Below, in pieces: positions 27,552 to 38,123 of a DNA stretch of 64,000 nucleotides. This DNA is from Candidatus Nomurabacteria bacterium. GTDB taxonomy: Bacteria; Patescibacteriota; Minisyncoccia; Phycocordibacterales; UBA918. How positions within the stretch are numbered: position 1 is the stretch's first letter; every line of letters begins with the position of its first letter. Made by a program: the position numbers and the translations under genes. Under the pieces are notes generated by a model that saw only the letters and a program-made list of their open reading frames with translations, made no database searches and was not told the origin of the DNA. Location: NCBI GenBank assembly GCA_020632155.1, contig JACKGE010000001.1:28011-92010 (forward strand), in the 5' to 3' direction.

Positions 27552-28187
27552 TAACAACTCAAACTCTTCAAATACCATTTTGTACTGAGTGATGGTGTCT
27601 TGAGCTGCTTTTTTGGTAAGTACAAAATCTGAACCGGCGTGAGCAATCTCATTACGCACACGATGGGCGCGCCAAGCTTGGTCGAGTGTTTTAAATGAGT
27701 TTGGTGAGGCACTCTTTAATTTTTCACCAATGGTAGTGCCCCCAAGTCCCATGGCATCTAGTAACTCTCCTAACATGATGTCCGCCTCAATGATCGCTAA
27801 TTTCCAATCGTTAGGGTTGTTGGTTCCACTATGCATAAGGACATCCTCCCAGCGGGTATTCTTGCTACCCGAACCGAACAGCTCAGCGTACTTCTTCTCT
27901 TGCCCAACCACATATTCGGTAGCCAGCTCACCATACTGACTGGCACGGATATACGCATAAATGACAGCAAACAACAGTAACGCTGAAACAAGGAGTGAGA
28001 GGGTGGTCATGATAGACCACAGATGTACAAGAAAGTCGATCGTGTGATTAAAAGTCGCTTCCAAACCGCTTGTTCCTCCCGCACCGGCGCCAGCTCCACT
28101 CCCAGACCCGCCGCCAAAGAAAGAGCTGCCGAGCGTTGAGTAGTCAACAGAATAGTCATTAAATGGAATGTCGTTCTCGTCTTGCAT
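27549..28187 (-). CDS. membrane-anchored protein with C-terminal HEPN (DUF4145-like, RNxxAH) domain
   Basis: 212 aa. Gly-rich N-terminus, one TM helix, and a C-terminal helical domain with HRVRNEIAHAG that matches the Rx4-6H HEPN motif. Confidence 0.45.
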   Translation of the reverse strand: MQDENDIPFNDYSVDYSTLGSSFFGGGSGSGAGAGAGGTSGLEATFNHTIDFLVHLWSIMTTLSLLVSALLLFAVIYAYIRASQYGELATEYVVGQEKKYAELFGSGSKNTRWEDVLMHSGTNNPNDWKLAIIEADIMLGELLDAMGLGGTTIGEKLKSASPNSFKTLDQAWRAHRVRNEIAHAGSDFVLTKKAAQDTITQYKMVFEEFELL

Positions 28188-28207
28188 ATCGCCTCTTAGG
28201 CGGCGAA

Positions 28208-29632
28208 TCAGCGTGTCTCGTCGTAGGTACGCTTGCCAATGTCAAAGAGTCGCTGGTCGCCACCATGTGGTGCTATATATTGTACCCCAACCGGTAGCGC
28301 TTTTTCGTCACGCTGCACAGTTCCCATTGGAATCGAGATCGCCGGTACACCCGTCAAGTTGACCGGTACCGTGAAGATGTCTTGTTTGTACATGGAAAGC
28401 GGATCTTCTTGAGAACCAAAGGTAAACGCTGGCGTTGGTGCGGTTGGGAGCATGATGGCGTCGACAGTTTTGAACGCCTTGTTCAGCTCCTCGCGCATCA
28501 TGACCCGCACCGCCTCCGCTTTACCATAGTAGGCATCATAGTATCCGGCTGAGAGCACGTACGTACCAAGCAATATGCGTCGTTTCACTTCAGCGCCAAA
28601 GCCTTCAGCGCGAGCCGCTAGATAGTCATCGAGTAGGTCTTCCCCTTTCCCTCTCGTGCCATAGCGCATACCATCAAAACGAGCTAGGTTGGATGAAACC
28701 TCAGCCGGCATCACCACATAATACGCAGCCAGACCTTGCTCTAAAAGTGGTAATTCGACATCGACCACACTGTGGCCGGCCGCTTTGAGTGCTTCGATCT
28801 GTGACTCAAAACACTCCATCACATCAGCGTCGACACCGCTACCCAGAAAATCACGTGGCACACCAAACGTATAGGTTTGCTTAAGTGGTACCTCCGCATA
28901 CGTATCTGGTGAAATAGTTGTCATGTCTAGCTCATCTGAACCGGATATGATGCTGTGTATCAGCTCTGCGTCAGCGACCGAGTTTGTGAGCGGACCAGCC
29001 TGGTCAAGCGATGAACCCATGGCAATAAGACCAAAACGAGAGACAGCGCCGTAGGTCGGCTTGTATCCTACGAGACCACAGTAGCTGGCTGGCTGGCGAA
29101 TAGAACCACCAGTATCGGTACCAAGCGCTGCTGGTACCGCACCCATGGCTACTGCTGCTGCCGAGCCTCCCGAAGAGCCGCCTGGGACACGACGTTCGTC
29201 GTGCGGATTCTTGGTTGGTCCAAAGGCTGAGTTTTCGGTTGATGAACCCATGGCAAATTCGTCTAGGTTGGTAGCGCCAACAAAAATGGCTCCGGCCGCT
29301 TTGAGTTTACTGATGATAGTTGCGTCATAGCTGGCAGTATATTCAGCCAATATCTTAGAGCTGGCTGTCGCCTTTTTCCCTTTAATGAGAATGTTGTTTT
29401 TGATTGCAAGCGGGATACCGGTCAAAACAGGTGACTCTGCGCCATGCTCTTTGAGAACTTTTTCGGCTTCTGCTGCTTGCTCCAAGAGATCATCAAACAC
29501 TTCAAGGAAGGCATGTACCTCCTTTTCGTGTTCTTTTAGGACCTCGGTAAAGGCGTGTATCGCTTCCGTCGGTGTGTACGTACCGGCAAGATACGCTTCA
29601 CGTAGCTCTGTAATGGTCTTCATATTAGTCAT
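28208..29632 (-). CDS. gatA: Asp-tRNA(Asn)/Glu-tRNA(Gln) amidotransferase subunit A
   Basis: 474 aa. Amidase signature GGSSGGSAAAVA. Confidence 0.9.
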   Translation of the reverse strand: MTNMKTITELREAYLAGTYTPTEAIHAFTEVLKEHEKEVHAFLEVFDDLLEQAAEAEKVLKEHGAESPVLTGIPLAIKNNILIKGKKATASSKILAEYTASYDATIISKLKAAGAIFVGATNLDEFAMGSSTENSAFGPTKNPHDERRVPGGSSGGSAAAVAMGAVPAALGTDTGGSIRQPASYCGLVGYKPTYGAVSRFGLIAMGSSLDQAGPLTNSVADAELIHSIISGSDELDMTTISPDTYAEVPLKQTYTFGVPRDFLGSGVDADVMECFESQIEALKAAGHSVVDVELPLLEQGLAAYYVVMPAEVSSNLARFDGMRYGTRGKGEDLLDDYLAARAEGFGAEVKRRILLGTYVLSAGYYDAYYGKAEAVRVMMREELNKAFKTVDAIMLPTAPTPAFTFGSQEDPLSMYKQDIFTVPVNLTGVPAISIPMGTVQRDEKALPVGVQYIAPHGGDQRLFDIGKRTYDETR

Positions 29633-29915
29633 TGTCGAGTATTTTCTTAACCCGCAAAAATCTCCCTTTCTTCTCTGGGAAGGCTGCGATCAATTCATCG
29701 GCTGTTGCGTTGGTAGTGGCTGCCACCTCATCAACGCGGAAGACATTGTGAACTGCACCCGTCTTTTTAGTTAAATCACCCGAAGCTGCAATGTCATTTA
29801 CCTGACTGACGTACGCCAAAATCGAATCAATTTCGGTGTGTAATTTTTCTGCCTCAGCCTCAGACAGACGAATACGGGACAACGTGCCCAAGTGTAGTAT
29901 CTCCTCTTTTGTCAT
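29625..29915 (-). CDS. gatC: amidotransferase subunit C
   Basis: 96 aa. Overlaps gatA by 8 nt. Typical GatC N-terminus (EEILHLGTLSRIRLSEAEAEKL). Confidence 0.8.
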   Translation of the reverse strand: MTKEEILHLGTLSRIRLSEAEAEKLHTEIDSILAYVSQVNDIAASGDLTKKTGAVHNVFRVDEVAATTNATADELIAAFPEKKGRFLRVKKILDND

Positions 29916-29950
29916 ATCGTGGGCATAGTAGCATTTTCACGCGCGGCAAT

Positions 29951-31972
29951 CTAGCTGCCAAGAAGCTTCCTGAACTGCTCTTCGTTAATAATTGCAACAC
30001 CCAATTCTTCAGCTCGCTCGGCTTTACTGCCTGGATCAGCTCCAGCTACGACATAGTCGGTTTTTTTAGACACACTGCTGGCAACCTCTGCCCCAGCTTG
30101 CCTCGCCAGCGCTTTAGCTTCATCACGAGTAAGTGTATTGAGGGTACCGGTAAAAACCATTGTCTTCCGAGAAAGACTGCCCTTTTGTGACACTTTTTTC
30201 GGTGCTGTGACTTCAATATGTCGAAGGAGCTGAGCTAACTCTTTTTTATGCGTAGAATCTTGCATCCACAGCACTAGAGACTCAGCTACCACCTGCCCTA
30301 CCCCGTGTATTTGTGATAATTCTTCTATGCGCGCCTCTTGTATCTTTTGCAATGAGCCAGTATGTTCCGCAATAAGACGTGCTGTCTCTTCGCCAACATG
30401 CTCGATTGACAGTCCAATGAGTAACCGCTGCAATGGTACGGTGCGAGCGGCGGTGATGGCATCGATGACATTTTGCGCCGCTTTCTCTTTAAAACCCGGC
30501 AGATCCTTAAGGTCACCTACTTCCAAGGTAAAGAGGTCATAATGATGAGTGATAAGACCGGTATCAAGGAGGAGATCAATGATACGCGGGCCGACGCCAT
30601 CAATATTGAGGGCTGTCTTGGAGACAAAGTAATACAACTTTTGGCGGCGAAGAAAATCTGAATCAAGCGTTACACAGCGATACGCAGCCTCACCCGGTAC
30701 ACGCTCAATAGAGCCATCACCACCACATCCCTCAACGCGCTTTGGGAAGCGATACGGCTTAGTTTTGGCGGGGCGAAGTGGCAACAATACCTCTACAATT
30801 TCTGGAATGATGTCACCGGCTTTTTGCAAAATGACCGTGTCACCAACGCGGACATCAAGACGTTTGATCTGATCCTCATTATGAAGTGTGGCTCGTGAGA
30901 CGGTCGAACCATCGATAAGAACTGGTGTAAGGTGTGCTACTGGTGTAATAACACCAGTGCGACCAACTTGGAGATCTATTGCCTCTACTACGCTTGTGGC
31001 CTGTTCAGCTGGGAATTTAAAGGCGGTACCGTAGCGTGGTGATTTGGCAGTAAAACCGAGCTTCCGCTGCAAATCAATCGCATCTACCTTGATAACAACT
31101 CCATCAACACCGTACTGCAGCTCGTCATGTTTTACTTTCCATATTTCATAAAAATCCAATACGGCCGCGATATCTTTGGCTTTCTTATTGTGTGCATTAG
31201 TTACAAAACCGAGTTGTTTTAAGAGTTGCAACTCTCCCCACTGGCTTTCCGGCACTGACAGCCCGCTGTCTTGAGGACCAAAGACATCAACGTCATACAT
31301 GGTTGCTGATAGTTTTCGTGAACGAGCCACCTTTGGATCAAGCTGGCGAAGCGAACCAGCAGCTGCATTACGCGGATTCGCAAATAGTGGCTGCTCGGCT
31401 TTTTCGCGCTCTAGGTTCACGCGCTCAAACTCAGCTTTGGATAACATGACCTCACCGACACAGGTGATATCAACCTTGTGCGCAAGACGATCCGGAATAT
31501 CATCAATGGTACGGGCAGTGTGTGTAACATCCTCTCCAGTGACACCGTCACCTCTTGTTGCGGCACGCACCAATACCCCGTCGATGTATTCGAGCACGAT
31601 CTTCAGGCCGTCGAGTTTGTGCTCAACCACATAGGTAAGCTGAGCTTCTGTTACGTCCTCGCTCTCAAGATGGCGGTAGAGTCGCGCTTCCCAATCTCGC
31701 AGCTCACTTGGGGTAAAAACGTTACCAAGTGACCATTGACGCACTGTATGTGTGACCTTAGCAAAAGCTTCGCTGACAGTGCCACCGACCTCGGTAGTAA
31801 GGGAACCCTCAGAATCGTCGGTGGAACCCTCAAGAGACCTGAGTTGTCGCACCAGTGAATCGTAGGCTTCGTCAGATATCTCCGGCGCATCATCCTCATG
31901 GTAACGACGACGATGGTAGTCAATAAGCTGACGTAATTTGCTGAGTTCAGTTTGAGGACTCTTTTTTGGCAT
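29951..31972 (-). CDS. ligA: NAD-dependent DNA ligase
   Basis: 673 aa. KLDGLK adenylation lysine, OB, Zn-finger and HhH domains, and a C-terminal BRCT. Confidence 0.95.
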   Translation of the reverse strand: MPKKSPQTELSKLRQLIDYHRRRYHEDDAPEISDEAYDSLVRQLRSLEGSTDDSEGSLTTEVGGTVSEAFAKVTHTVRQWSLGNVFTPSELRDWEARLYRHLESEDVTEAQLTYVVEHKLDGLKIVLEYIDGVLVRAATRGDGVTGEDVTHTARTIDDIPDRLAHKVDITCVGEVMLSKAEFERVNLEREKAEQPLFANPRNAAAGSLRQLDPKVARSRKLSATMYDVDVFGPQDSGLSVPESQWGELQLLKQLGFVTNAHNKKAKDIAAVLDFYEIWKVKHDELQYGVDGVVIKVDAIDLQRKLGFTAKSPRYGTAFKFPAEQATSVVEAIDLQVGRTGVITPVAHLTPVLIDGSTVSRATLHNEDQIKRLDVRVGDTVILQKAGDIIPEIVEVLLPLRPAKTKPYRFPKRVEGCGGDGSIERVPGEAAYRCVTLDSDFLRRQKLYYFVSKTALNIDGVGPRIIDLLLDTGLITHHYDLFTLEVGDLKDLPGFKEKAAQNVIDAITAARTVPLQRLLIGLSIEHVGEETARLIAEHTGSLQKIQEARIEELSQIHGVGQVVAESLVLWMQDSTHKKELAQLLRHIEVTAPKKVSQKGSLSRKTMVFTGTLNTLTRDEAKALARQAGAEVASSVSKKTDYVVAGADPGSKAERAEELGVAIINEEQFRKLLGS

Positions 31973-32028
31973 AGTGCCCCTGCATTGTACTACAGCCCAC
32001 TATGGGTAGCCACGGAGGGCAAAGCTAA

Positions 32029-32583
32029 CTAAAATTGAATGGTGAGTTCACGCTGGACAGTGAGAAATGAATCGCGATCATCACAGCGACGATTATAACC
32101 GCGAGAGAATATAGTGGTACATACTGCCCCTTCTGTACACGTAAGTTCTAGCAAACCTTCATTACGAGTGCTGATATCTTTTGTCACATCACTCGTTTCA
32201 CTTTGAGCATCAATAAGATACAAACTGGTTTCAACGCACATATCCGCCCCAAGGTTGTAAGTATATCGGTAGTTATATAAATTGCCATCACGATAGGCCT
32301 CGCTCTCAGTTGCAGATCTATTAAAACATTTAAGGCCGAGAGGAGTTCCACCATCTAAAAGCAGCGAGAGATTGCCGGGCTGCTGGCGTTGATATTGCAT
32401 ACACTCAATGCCAGATCGGGCGGCATGGATAGCAATCTCTGAGTCACGCGCTACATTCGATAGAGTCAGCTGTTTCATAGTGATATGTAGAAGTGACAAG
32501 CCAACAGCTAAGACCACGCTAATAACAATCAAAGTCAAAAGGAGAGCAAAACCATCTTGGGTTAAATTTCTAGATGTCATCAT
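32029..32583 (-). CDS. type IV minor pilin / pseudopilin
   Basis: 184 aa. Prepilin-type N-terminus: GFALLLTLIVISVVLAVGLSL. Confidence 0.55.
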   Translation of the reverse strand: MMTSRNLTQDGFALLLTLIVISVVLAVGLSLLHITMKQLTLSNVARDSEIAIHAARSGIECMQYQRQQPGNLSLLLDGGTPLGLKCFNRSATESEAYRDGNLYNYRYTYNLGADMCVETSLYLIDAQSETSDVTKDISTRNEGLLELTCTEGAVCTTIFSRGYNRRCDDRDSFLTVQRELTIQF

Positions 32584-33160
32584 AGATATTGTATAGGTAG
32601 GTATTTATCTCAAGTGGGCGAGTAGTGTTTGGTGAGCGCACAACTACGCGCACCTCGACATATTCATCATTTAACACAGTCAGGTAAAGGTCACGTTCGT
32701 AGCCAGAAAGTTCACCATTCTCATTGTAAGTATATTTGGTAAATGTATTTCCACTAACGGTCTCCTCAGATTGATAAAGTTCACAGCTACCCACTGTTGT
32801 ACTGTCGCAACGAAAGATGGACCAATCTGACATGGAACCCCCTCCATCAACTGCGTTCACCCCACAAGGGACTAAGCTCGTACAGCCAACATTTGTTATC
32901 TGGTCGGTCCAGTCCCATATATCCGCAGTATTACCCTCTTGATAGTTTAAGATGCCCTCGTTACGTAATTTCACCACAATCTCGATTGCCTCTTGTGCAA
33001 GGAAAAACGCTGTATTCTGTTCTCGAGCATACGCGGCACTCTTAAGTCCTTTAGATGCAATAGTGATAGGACCAACGATTGCAAGCAAAAGTACCGTGAC
33101 CGCAACCATCACTTCAACAATGGAGTACCCCTCTGTGGACTTATGGCGAAACATAATCAA
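32570..33160 (-). CDS. type IV minor pilin / pseudopilin
   Basis: 196 aa. GYSIVEVMVAVTVLLLAIVG prepilin N-terminus. Confidence 0.6.
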   Translation of the reverse strand: MIMFRHKSTEGYSIVEVMVAVTVLLLAIVGPITIASKGLKSAAYAREQNTAFFLAQEAIEIVVKLRNEGILNYQEGNTADIWDWTDQITNVGCTSLVPCGVNAVDGGGSMSDWSIFRCDSTTVGSCELYQSEETVSGNTFTKYTYNENGELSGYERDLYLTVLNDEYVEVRVVVRSPNTTRPLEINTYLYNIYDDI

Positions 33161-33785
33161 AGTCTGCTATTTGCTGAGTAACTGTCGTTTGTACAGAAAA
33201 TTGCGACCTCACTTCACCCAATTCTCCTGAAAAACCACTCACCCATATTCTAACTGTTGGCTGCTCGACATCATCTTCAACATCAGTACCATACACATTG
33301 AAGTATAGTCCGGTAATGATAGCATCGTCAGACGACAGTCTGACCCAAGGACCGTCACTCACACGTCGCTCAATAGACATATCTGTTTCATTATAACGAT
33401 ACGCTATCCGAGGATTTGCGTTGCCACCAGTTAGACTTGACCCCCCTTCAACCAATGAAAGCACCTGCCCGTAATTGCTATCACAATCTTGCGTGTCTAA
33501 AGTCCCAATTCCTCCTGTATCACCACTTTGCATACAATACAGACTGCGACCTGTTCGAATCTCGCGAGTCATATTCTCGAGTACAAAAGTAATATTGGTC
33601 ATAATGGTCTCCATATTTTGTGCTTTAGCATTTGCGTCAATGAGTACCAAAACTGTTCCAATAGCCATAGTAACTACCATCGTGTAGATGGCCATAGAGA
33701 CCAAGAGTTCAATGAGCGAGAAGCCATTAGCAGAAGTAGCCGAGTGCTGTATGTGATTGTTTCTGGTACAAGAATACATAAACAT
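33141..33785 (-). CDS. type IV minor pilin / pseudopilin
   Basis: 214 aa. GFSLIELLVSMAIYTMVV prepilin N-terminus. Confidence 0.6.
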   Translation of the reverse strand: MFMYSCTRNNHIQHSATSANGFSLIELLVSMAIYTMVVTMAIGTVLVLIDANAKAQNMETIMTNITFVLENMTREIRTGRSLYCMQSGDTGGIGTLDTQDCDSNYGQVLSLVEGGSSLTGGNANPRIAYRYNETDMSIERRVSDGPWVRLSSDDAIITGLYFNVYGTDVEDDVEQPTVRIWVSGFSGELGEVRSQFSVQTTVTQQIADFDYVSP

Positions 33786-33791
33786 TTTTAT

Positions 33792-34415
33792 TTATTGTAC
33801 CTCTATCTGACCTACTGGATTAATAATAACGGCTCGCGAAGAACCTCCGTCAGTAATACTACTTATTGTGATCTCTGCATCTGTTATCGTACCTCCGTAA
33901 TCATTAGAATAAAAATGAGCGTCAAAATCTGGACGTATAAAAGCAACTGACAAGCTTTCGACTGAAACTGTGCAACCATTGATACAGATGTCAGAAACAG
34001 CAAATCGGGCATCAATAAGATATGGCACGTCCCGCTCTTCCCCTGTATCATAGCTACCGTTTCCACTGCTATCTAAATAGAGTTGGTACTTATTAGGTGT
34101 AAGTTGTGAAAAGTAGACGCCAAAGGCTTGTCTGTATTCAGTTCCGGTACTCCGTACACTTAGGGCATTCGTCTGAGCCTCCCGAATATCAAGCGCCATT
34201 TCATAGGCCTGACTTTTTAGGAGAACTACATTATTAAAGGCTCCGTACCGCACCAAAATAATAGCCGTAATGAGTGTGATGAGCGCCACGGTGACCATGA
34301 GTTCCAGTATCGAAAAACCCGCTTTGCTTAGTATCAAAACAGTATCTGGTCGCTGGGTGGCCGGGTTAAAATAGTGACGAAATAACATGATAGGTAAGCA
34401 CAAGGACGTCGACAT
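33792..34415 (-). CDS. type IV minor pilin / pseudopilin
   Basis: 207 aa. GFSILELMVTVALITLITAI prepilin N-terminus. Confidence 0.6.
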   Translation of the reverse strand: MSTSLCLPIMLFRHYFNPATQRPDTVLILSKAGFSILELMVTVALITLITAIILVRYGAFNNVVLLKSQAYEMALDIREAQTNALSVRSTGTEYRQAFGVYFSQLTPNKYQLYLDSSGNGSYDTGEERDVPYLIDARFAVSDICINGCTVSVESLSVAFIRPDFDAHFYSNDYGGTITDAEITISSITDGGSSRAVIINPVGQIEVQ

Positions 34416-35190
34416 GACCGAGATACGTGAGTAAGAAGGCTGCGATCATAAACGGAGCAAATGGAACCTCACTCTTCATTGTAAGCCGTGGTAGTGTTAA
34501 TCCTAAACTAGTTGTCCCCTGTCGCAGGGCTATCACGCTTAAACTAATTAACGCCCCAAGCCAAAACGACAAAACGACAAAACTGAAAAGAAGGTGTAAA
34601 CCTACCAGTAGGCCAAGGCCAAAAGCCAACTTAGCATCACCAAGGCCAATCCATCGTCCTTTCGAAATAACCCAGAGCGACCCATAGGCAGCAAAACCAA
34701 GGATACCGCTCAAGAATGTCCAGAGCAGGTTAATCTGCCACAAATCCGGCCATGCACGCGCAGAGACTATGACCACAGCCAAAACCGCAACTAGCAGTGA
34801 CAGTCGGTCAGGAATGATGTAGTGCCGCAGATCGTATACACAAATAATGATAAGGATAAGCAGTAATGTAGCAGCTAACAAAAATTCAATACCAACACCA
34901 AATACCCAAGAAGCCCACACGAACAGGGCTCCGGAAAGTAATTCAACTAAGAAGAAGCGGGTTGGTATATTGGCGCGACAATTGTAGCAACGACCCTTTA
35001 GTGCTAAAAACGATACCAGTGGAACCAGTTCATACCACATAAGTGTCCGACCGCACGAAAAACAGCGAGAGCGGTCATTTAGAGACTTACCGGTGTTCAT
35101 GCGATCAATGACCACATTGGCAAAACTACCAAAAGCTACCCCGAAGCAAAATACAATACTCATCAGTAGCGACTGCGGTAATAGTTCCAT
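34366..35190 (-). CDS. pilD: prepilin peptidase (A24)
   Basis: 274 aa. N-terminal CFSCG...CYNC zinc-binding tetracysteine and polytopic membrane topology. Confidence 0.85.
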   Translation of the reverse strand: MELLPQSLLMSIVFCFGVAFGSFANVVIDRMNTGKSLNDRSRCFSCGRTLMWYELVPLVSFLALKGRCYNCRANIPTRFFLVELLSGALFVWASWVFGVGIEFLLAATLLLILIIICVYDLRHYIIPDRLSLLVAVLAVVIVSARAWPDLWQINLLWTFLSGILGFAAYGSLWVISKGRWIGLGDAKLAFGLGLLVGLHLLFSFVVLSFWLGALISLSVIALRQGTTSLGLTLPRLTMKSEVPFAPFMIAAFLLTYLGHVDVLVLTYHVISSLF

Positions 35191-35283
35191 AGCTACTATT
35201 CTACCCTACCAACTAGCTTGCTTTAGGCACAAACCAACAAAAAACACCCTTCGGGGTGCTTTTTGTTGTAGTACGCAACTAAC

Positions 35284-35700
35284 TTACGGGCAAACAGTGT
35301 TTGTACCTAAAGCGGTACCATTTTCCACTGCACTTCCAGTAGAGTCAACACAGTAGTAGGTGCTTGTTGAGACCATAGGCGCTGAAGCAGCCCAAGCTGT
35401 ACCGGTGTCATTACAAGTAGCTGAAGAAGCAGTGACCGCCTCGCCTACTTTACTATCCCCACAAACGCCATCGTAGTCGCCATCATCGTCGTAGACGATC
35501 TCGGCCTGAGCGCGAATGTTATTGAGGTTTGATTTACGCGCAGCGTCAGTACCCTTATCACGAGCGCTGTTAAGTGACGCGAGTACCACCGAAGCGAGGA
35601 TACCAATGATCGCGATCACTACGAGAAGCTCAATGAGCGTAAAACCTCGTTTGGTTAATGTTTGCATCATATCTATTCTTATATTTGTAATACACTGCAA
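35284..35700 (-). CDS. pilA: type IV major pilin
   Basis: 138 aa. KRGFTLIELLVVIAIIGILASV class III signal with E+5. Followed by a terminator hairpin (35241..35265). Confidence 0.75.
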   Translation of the reverse strand: MQCITNIRIDMMQTLTKRGFTLIELLVVIAIIGILASVVLASLNSARDKGTDAARKSNLNNIRAQAEIVYDDDGDYDGVCGDSKVGEAVTASSATCNDTGTAWAASAPMVSTSTYYCVDSTGSAVENGTALGTNTVCP

Positions 35701-35834
35701 TCAAAACATCAGCTGTTTGTCTCGATAGCAGCCAGACTCCACGTGTACGCGGATTCCCTTTATTATACGGCGGAAAAATTGGTGACGGTTCACTTTGTGT
35801 GGAAAACAAATTTTTTACAGGAGAGCCGGATTAA

Positions 35835-37043
35835 CTATATGGAACCGGTCAGATTGTAGATTGGCATCAGAACCGAAGCCAGCAACGTACCAACACCCAG
35901 ACCAAGCATAACTATCATCAACGGTTCAATGAGACCGATAAGGGTATCAACGGCATTATTTACTTCACGGTTGTAAAACTTGGCCAGTGTACCCATAATT
36001 TCTGAGAGGTTACCGGTCTCTTCCCCAACTTTGGCCATTTGTGAAAGCACTCCCGGTATTTCCGGATACTCAGCCACAGCATCAGCAAAAGAACGTCCTC
36101 CTTTGACCTCAATAAGCGTATTGCTGACGATCTCTTTGAACACAAGGTTATCCACTACTTCTGACGTCACCTCAAGCGCTTGCACCATGGTGATACCGCT
36201 ACTCAGCATCGTTGAGAGGTTGTCACAGATACGGGTCAAGTACAATTTTCGATACAGGTCACCAATATACGGTATTGATATCTTAAGCTCATCAAAGGTG
36301 CGACGCCCCACTTCTGTCTTAAGAAACTGCCAGAGACCAATGCCGACCAAGGACAATAACACCAAGATAATGCCTATATAGTTGGTGACAATGTTTGATA
36401 TGCCAATAACCAACTTTGTATAAATAGGAAGTTCCTGTCCAGAGTCGGTCAATATTTGACTGATACGTGGAATCACCAAGGTCAACATGAGTCCCATGAC
36501 CAAAATGAATACACCGATCACGAAAGCTGGATAAATAAGGGCATTACGTGCCTTGGTCACCACTTGATACGTACGATCAAGATAGTCAGCTAGATATAAG
36601 AATGATTTGTCAAGCGAGCCTGACTCCTCACCGGAACGGACCATGTTGACGTAAAATGAAGAGAAGACATCTGGATGTGCAGCGAGCGCTCGTGAAATGG
36701 AACTACCAGCCTGCAGATCATCAGCAATGGAATTAAGTACACTGCGAAGCTGTTGGTTCTCCATTTCCGCTCCAAGCAAACGGAAAACTCTTAGTGCAGA
36801 CACCTGAGCATCAAACAAAGTTGCTAATTGTCGTGAAAGGATGACTATCTCTTTAGTTGAAATACCCTGAAACAGGTTAATCTCAAGATCAAGGACTGAT
36901 TTTTTCTCATCGATCGGGTCTATGGCAACAACAGTGTAACCACGTTTTTGTACCGTAATAATGGCTGCATCAATGTTAACAGCTTCAACAGTACCTTCAC
37001 GAATGGCATTATTTTGGTCAATAGCTCGATATGAGAACAACAT
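35835..37043 (-). CDS. pilC: type IV pilus platform protein PilC (GspF family)
   Basis: 402 aa. Duplicated T2SF domains and 3 TM helices. Confidence 0.85.
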   Translation of the reverse strand: MLFSYRAIDQNNAIREGTVEAVNIDAAIITVQKRGYTVVAIDPIDEKKSVLDLEINLFQGISTKEIVILSRQLATLFDAQVSALRVFRLLGAEMENQQLRSVLNSIADDLQAGSSISRALAAHPDVFSSFYVNMVRSGEESGSLDKSFLYLADYLDRTYQVVTKARNALIYPAFVIGVFILVMGLMLTLVIPRISQILTDSGQELPIYTKLVIGISNIVTNYIGIILVLLSLVGIGLWQFLKTEVGRRTFDELKISIPYIGDLYRKLYLTRICDNLSTMLSSGITMVQALEVTSEVVDNLVFKEIVSNTLIEVKGGRSFADAVAEYPEIPGVLSQMAKVGEETGNLSEIMGTLAKFYNREVNNAVDTLIGLIEPLMIVMLGLGVGTLLASVLMPIYNLTGSI

Positions 37044-37046
37044 AGG

Positions 37047-38117
37047 CTACATGAGGCGTTCTAAGCCTTTAGGGTTAATTGAATAGGCAAACGCATTTTC
37101 TACAGTGATTTCCCCTTTCTTAACAAGATCTGCCAAAGAGCGATTCATATCTATCATGCCTTGTTCAAGACCAGTTTCAATAACCGTCTGTATCTCATGC
37201 GTGCGTTGTTCTCGGATAAGGTTAGATACGGCACTGTTATTTATAAGCAGTTCGTAGGTTGGGACCATGCCACCTGAGATGCGAGGGATAAGTCGTTGTG
37301 AGAAAATACCAATAAGTGATCCGGCTAGCTGTACACGGATTTGGTCCTGCTGACTGCCCGGAAAACTATCAATGATACGATCAATAGTCTGAGCAGCGTT
37401 GTTTGTGTGGAGAGTTGAAAGTACGAGATGTCCAGTTTCAGCAGCTGTTACGGCAGTAGCAATGGTCTCTGGATTGCGCATCTCACCAACCATGATTACA
37501 TCTACGTCTTGGCGAAATGCGGAGTTGAGCGCGGTACGAAAGTCTTTGGTATCAACACCAACTTCACGTTGATCAATAAGCGCTTTATCTGGTTCAAAAA
37601 TATATTCAACCGGATCCTCGATAGTAACAATATGATCGGCTCGAGTGGTATTTATGATCTGTATAAGAGACGCAAGCGTTGTGGACTTGCCCTGACCGAC
37701 AGGACCGACACAAAGGAAGAACCCTTGCGGTCGTTGAGCAAAACTTTCTAGGATCGGTGGCAAATCAAGTTCTTCAAGTGTTCGGATATCGTTAGGAATG
37801 TGACGGAGTGCAAGAGACATTCCTCCTTTTTGAATAAACGCATTTCCACGAAAACGAATACCATCTTTGTGAGCGTAGGAAAAATCCATCTCTTGCTGTT
37901 TTTGGAACCGTTCAAACCGTTCATCTCCCATGAGTACTAACCCGAATCCTTCTACGTCTTCATTGCTCGCAACTGGCATCTTAACAAGCGGTATTAGTGA
38001 GCCAGCAACGCGCACCATGGGGTGTGACCCAACAGAGAGATGGATATCTGAACCCTTCTCGTCAACGAGAATGTCAATCAGGTCATTGAGGGCGCGTTTG
38101 TAATCTACTTTAGACAT
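37047..38117 (-). CDS. pilT: twitching-motility retraction ATPase PilT
   Basis: 356 aa. Walker A GPVGQGKST and an AIRNLIRE-like motif (SNLIREQRTHEI). Confidence 0.9.
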   Translation of the reverse strand: MSKVDYKRALNDLIDILVDEKGSDIHLSVGSHPMVRVAGSLIPLVKMPVASNEDVEGFGLVLMGDERFERFQKQQEMDFSYAHKDGIRFRGNAFIQKGGMSLALRHIPNDIRTLEELDLPPILESFAQRPQGFFLCVGPVGQGKSTTLASLIQIINTTRADHIVTIEDPVEYIFEPDKALIDQREVGVDTKDFRTALNSAFRQDVDVIMVGEMRNPETIATAVTAAETGHLVLSTLHTNNAAQTIDRIIDSFPGSQQDQIRVQLAGSLIGIFSQRLIPRISGGMVPTYELLINNSAVSNLIREQRTHEIQTVIETGLEQGMIDMNRSLADLVKKGEITVENAFAYSINPKGLERLM

Positions 38118-38123
38118 ACAAAA

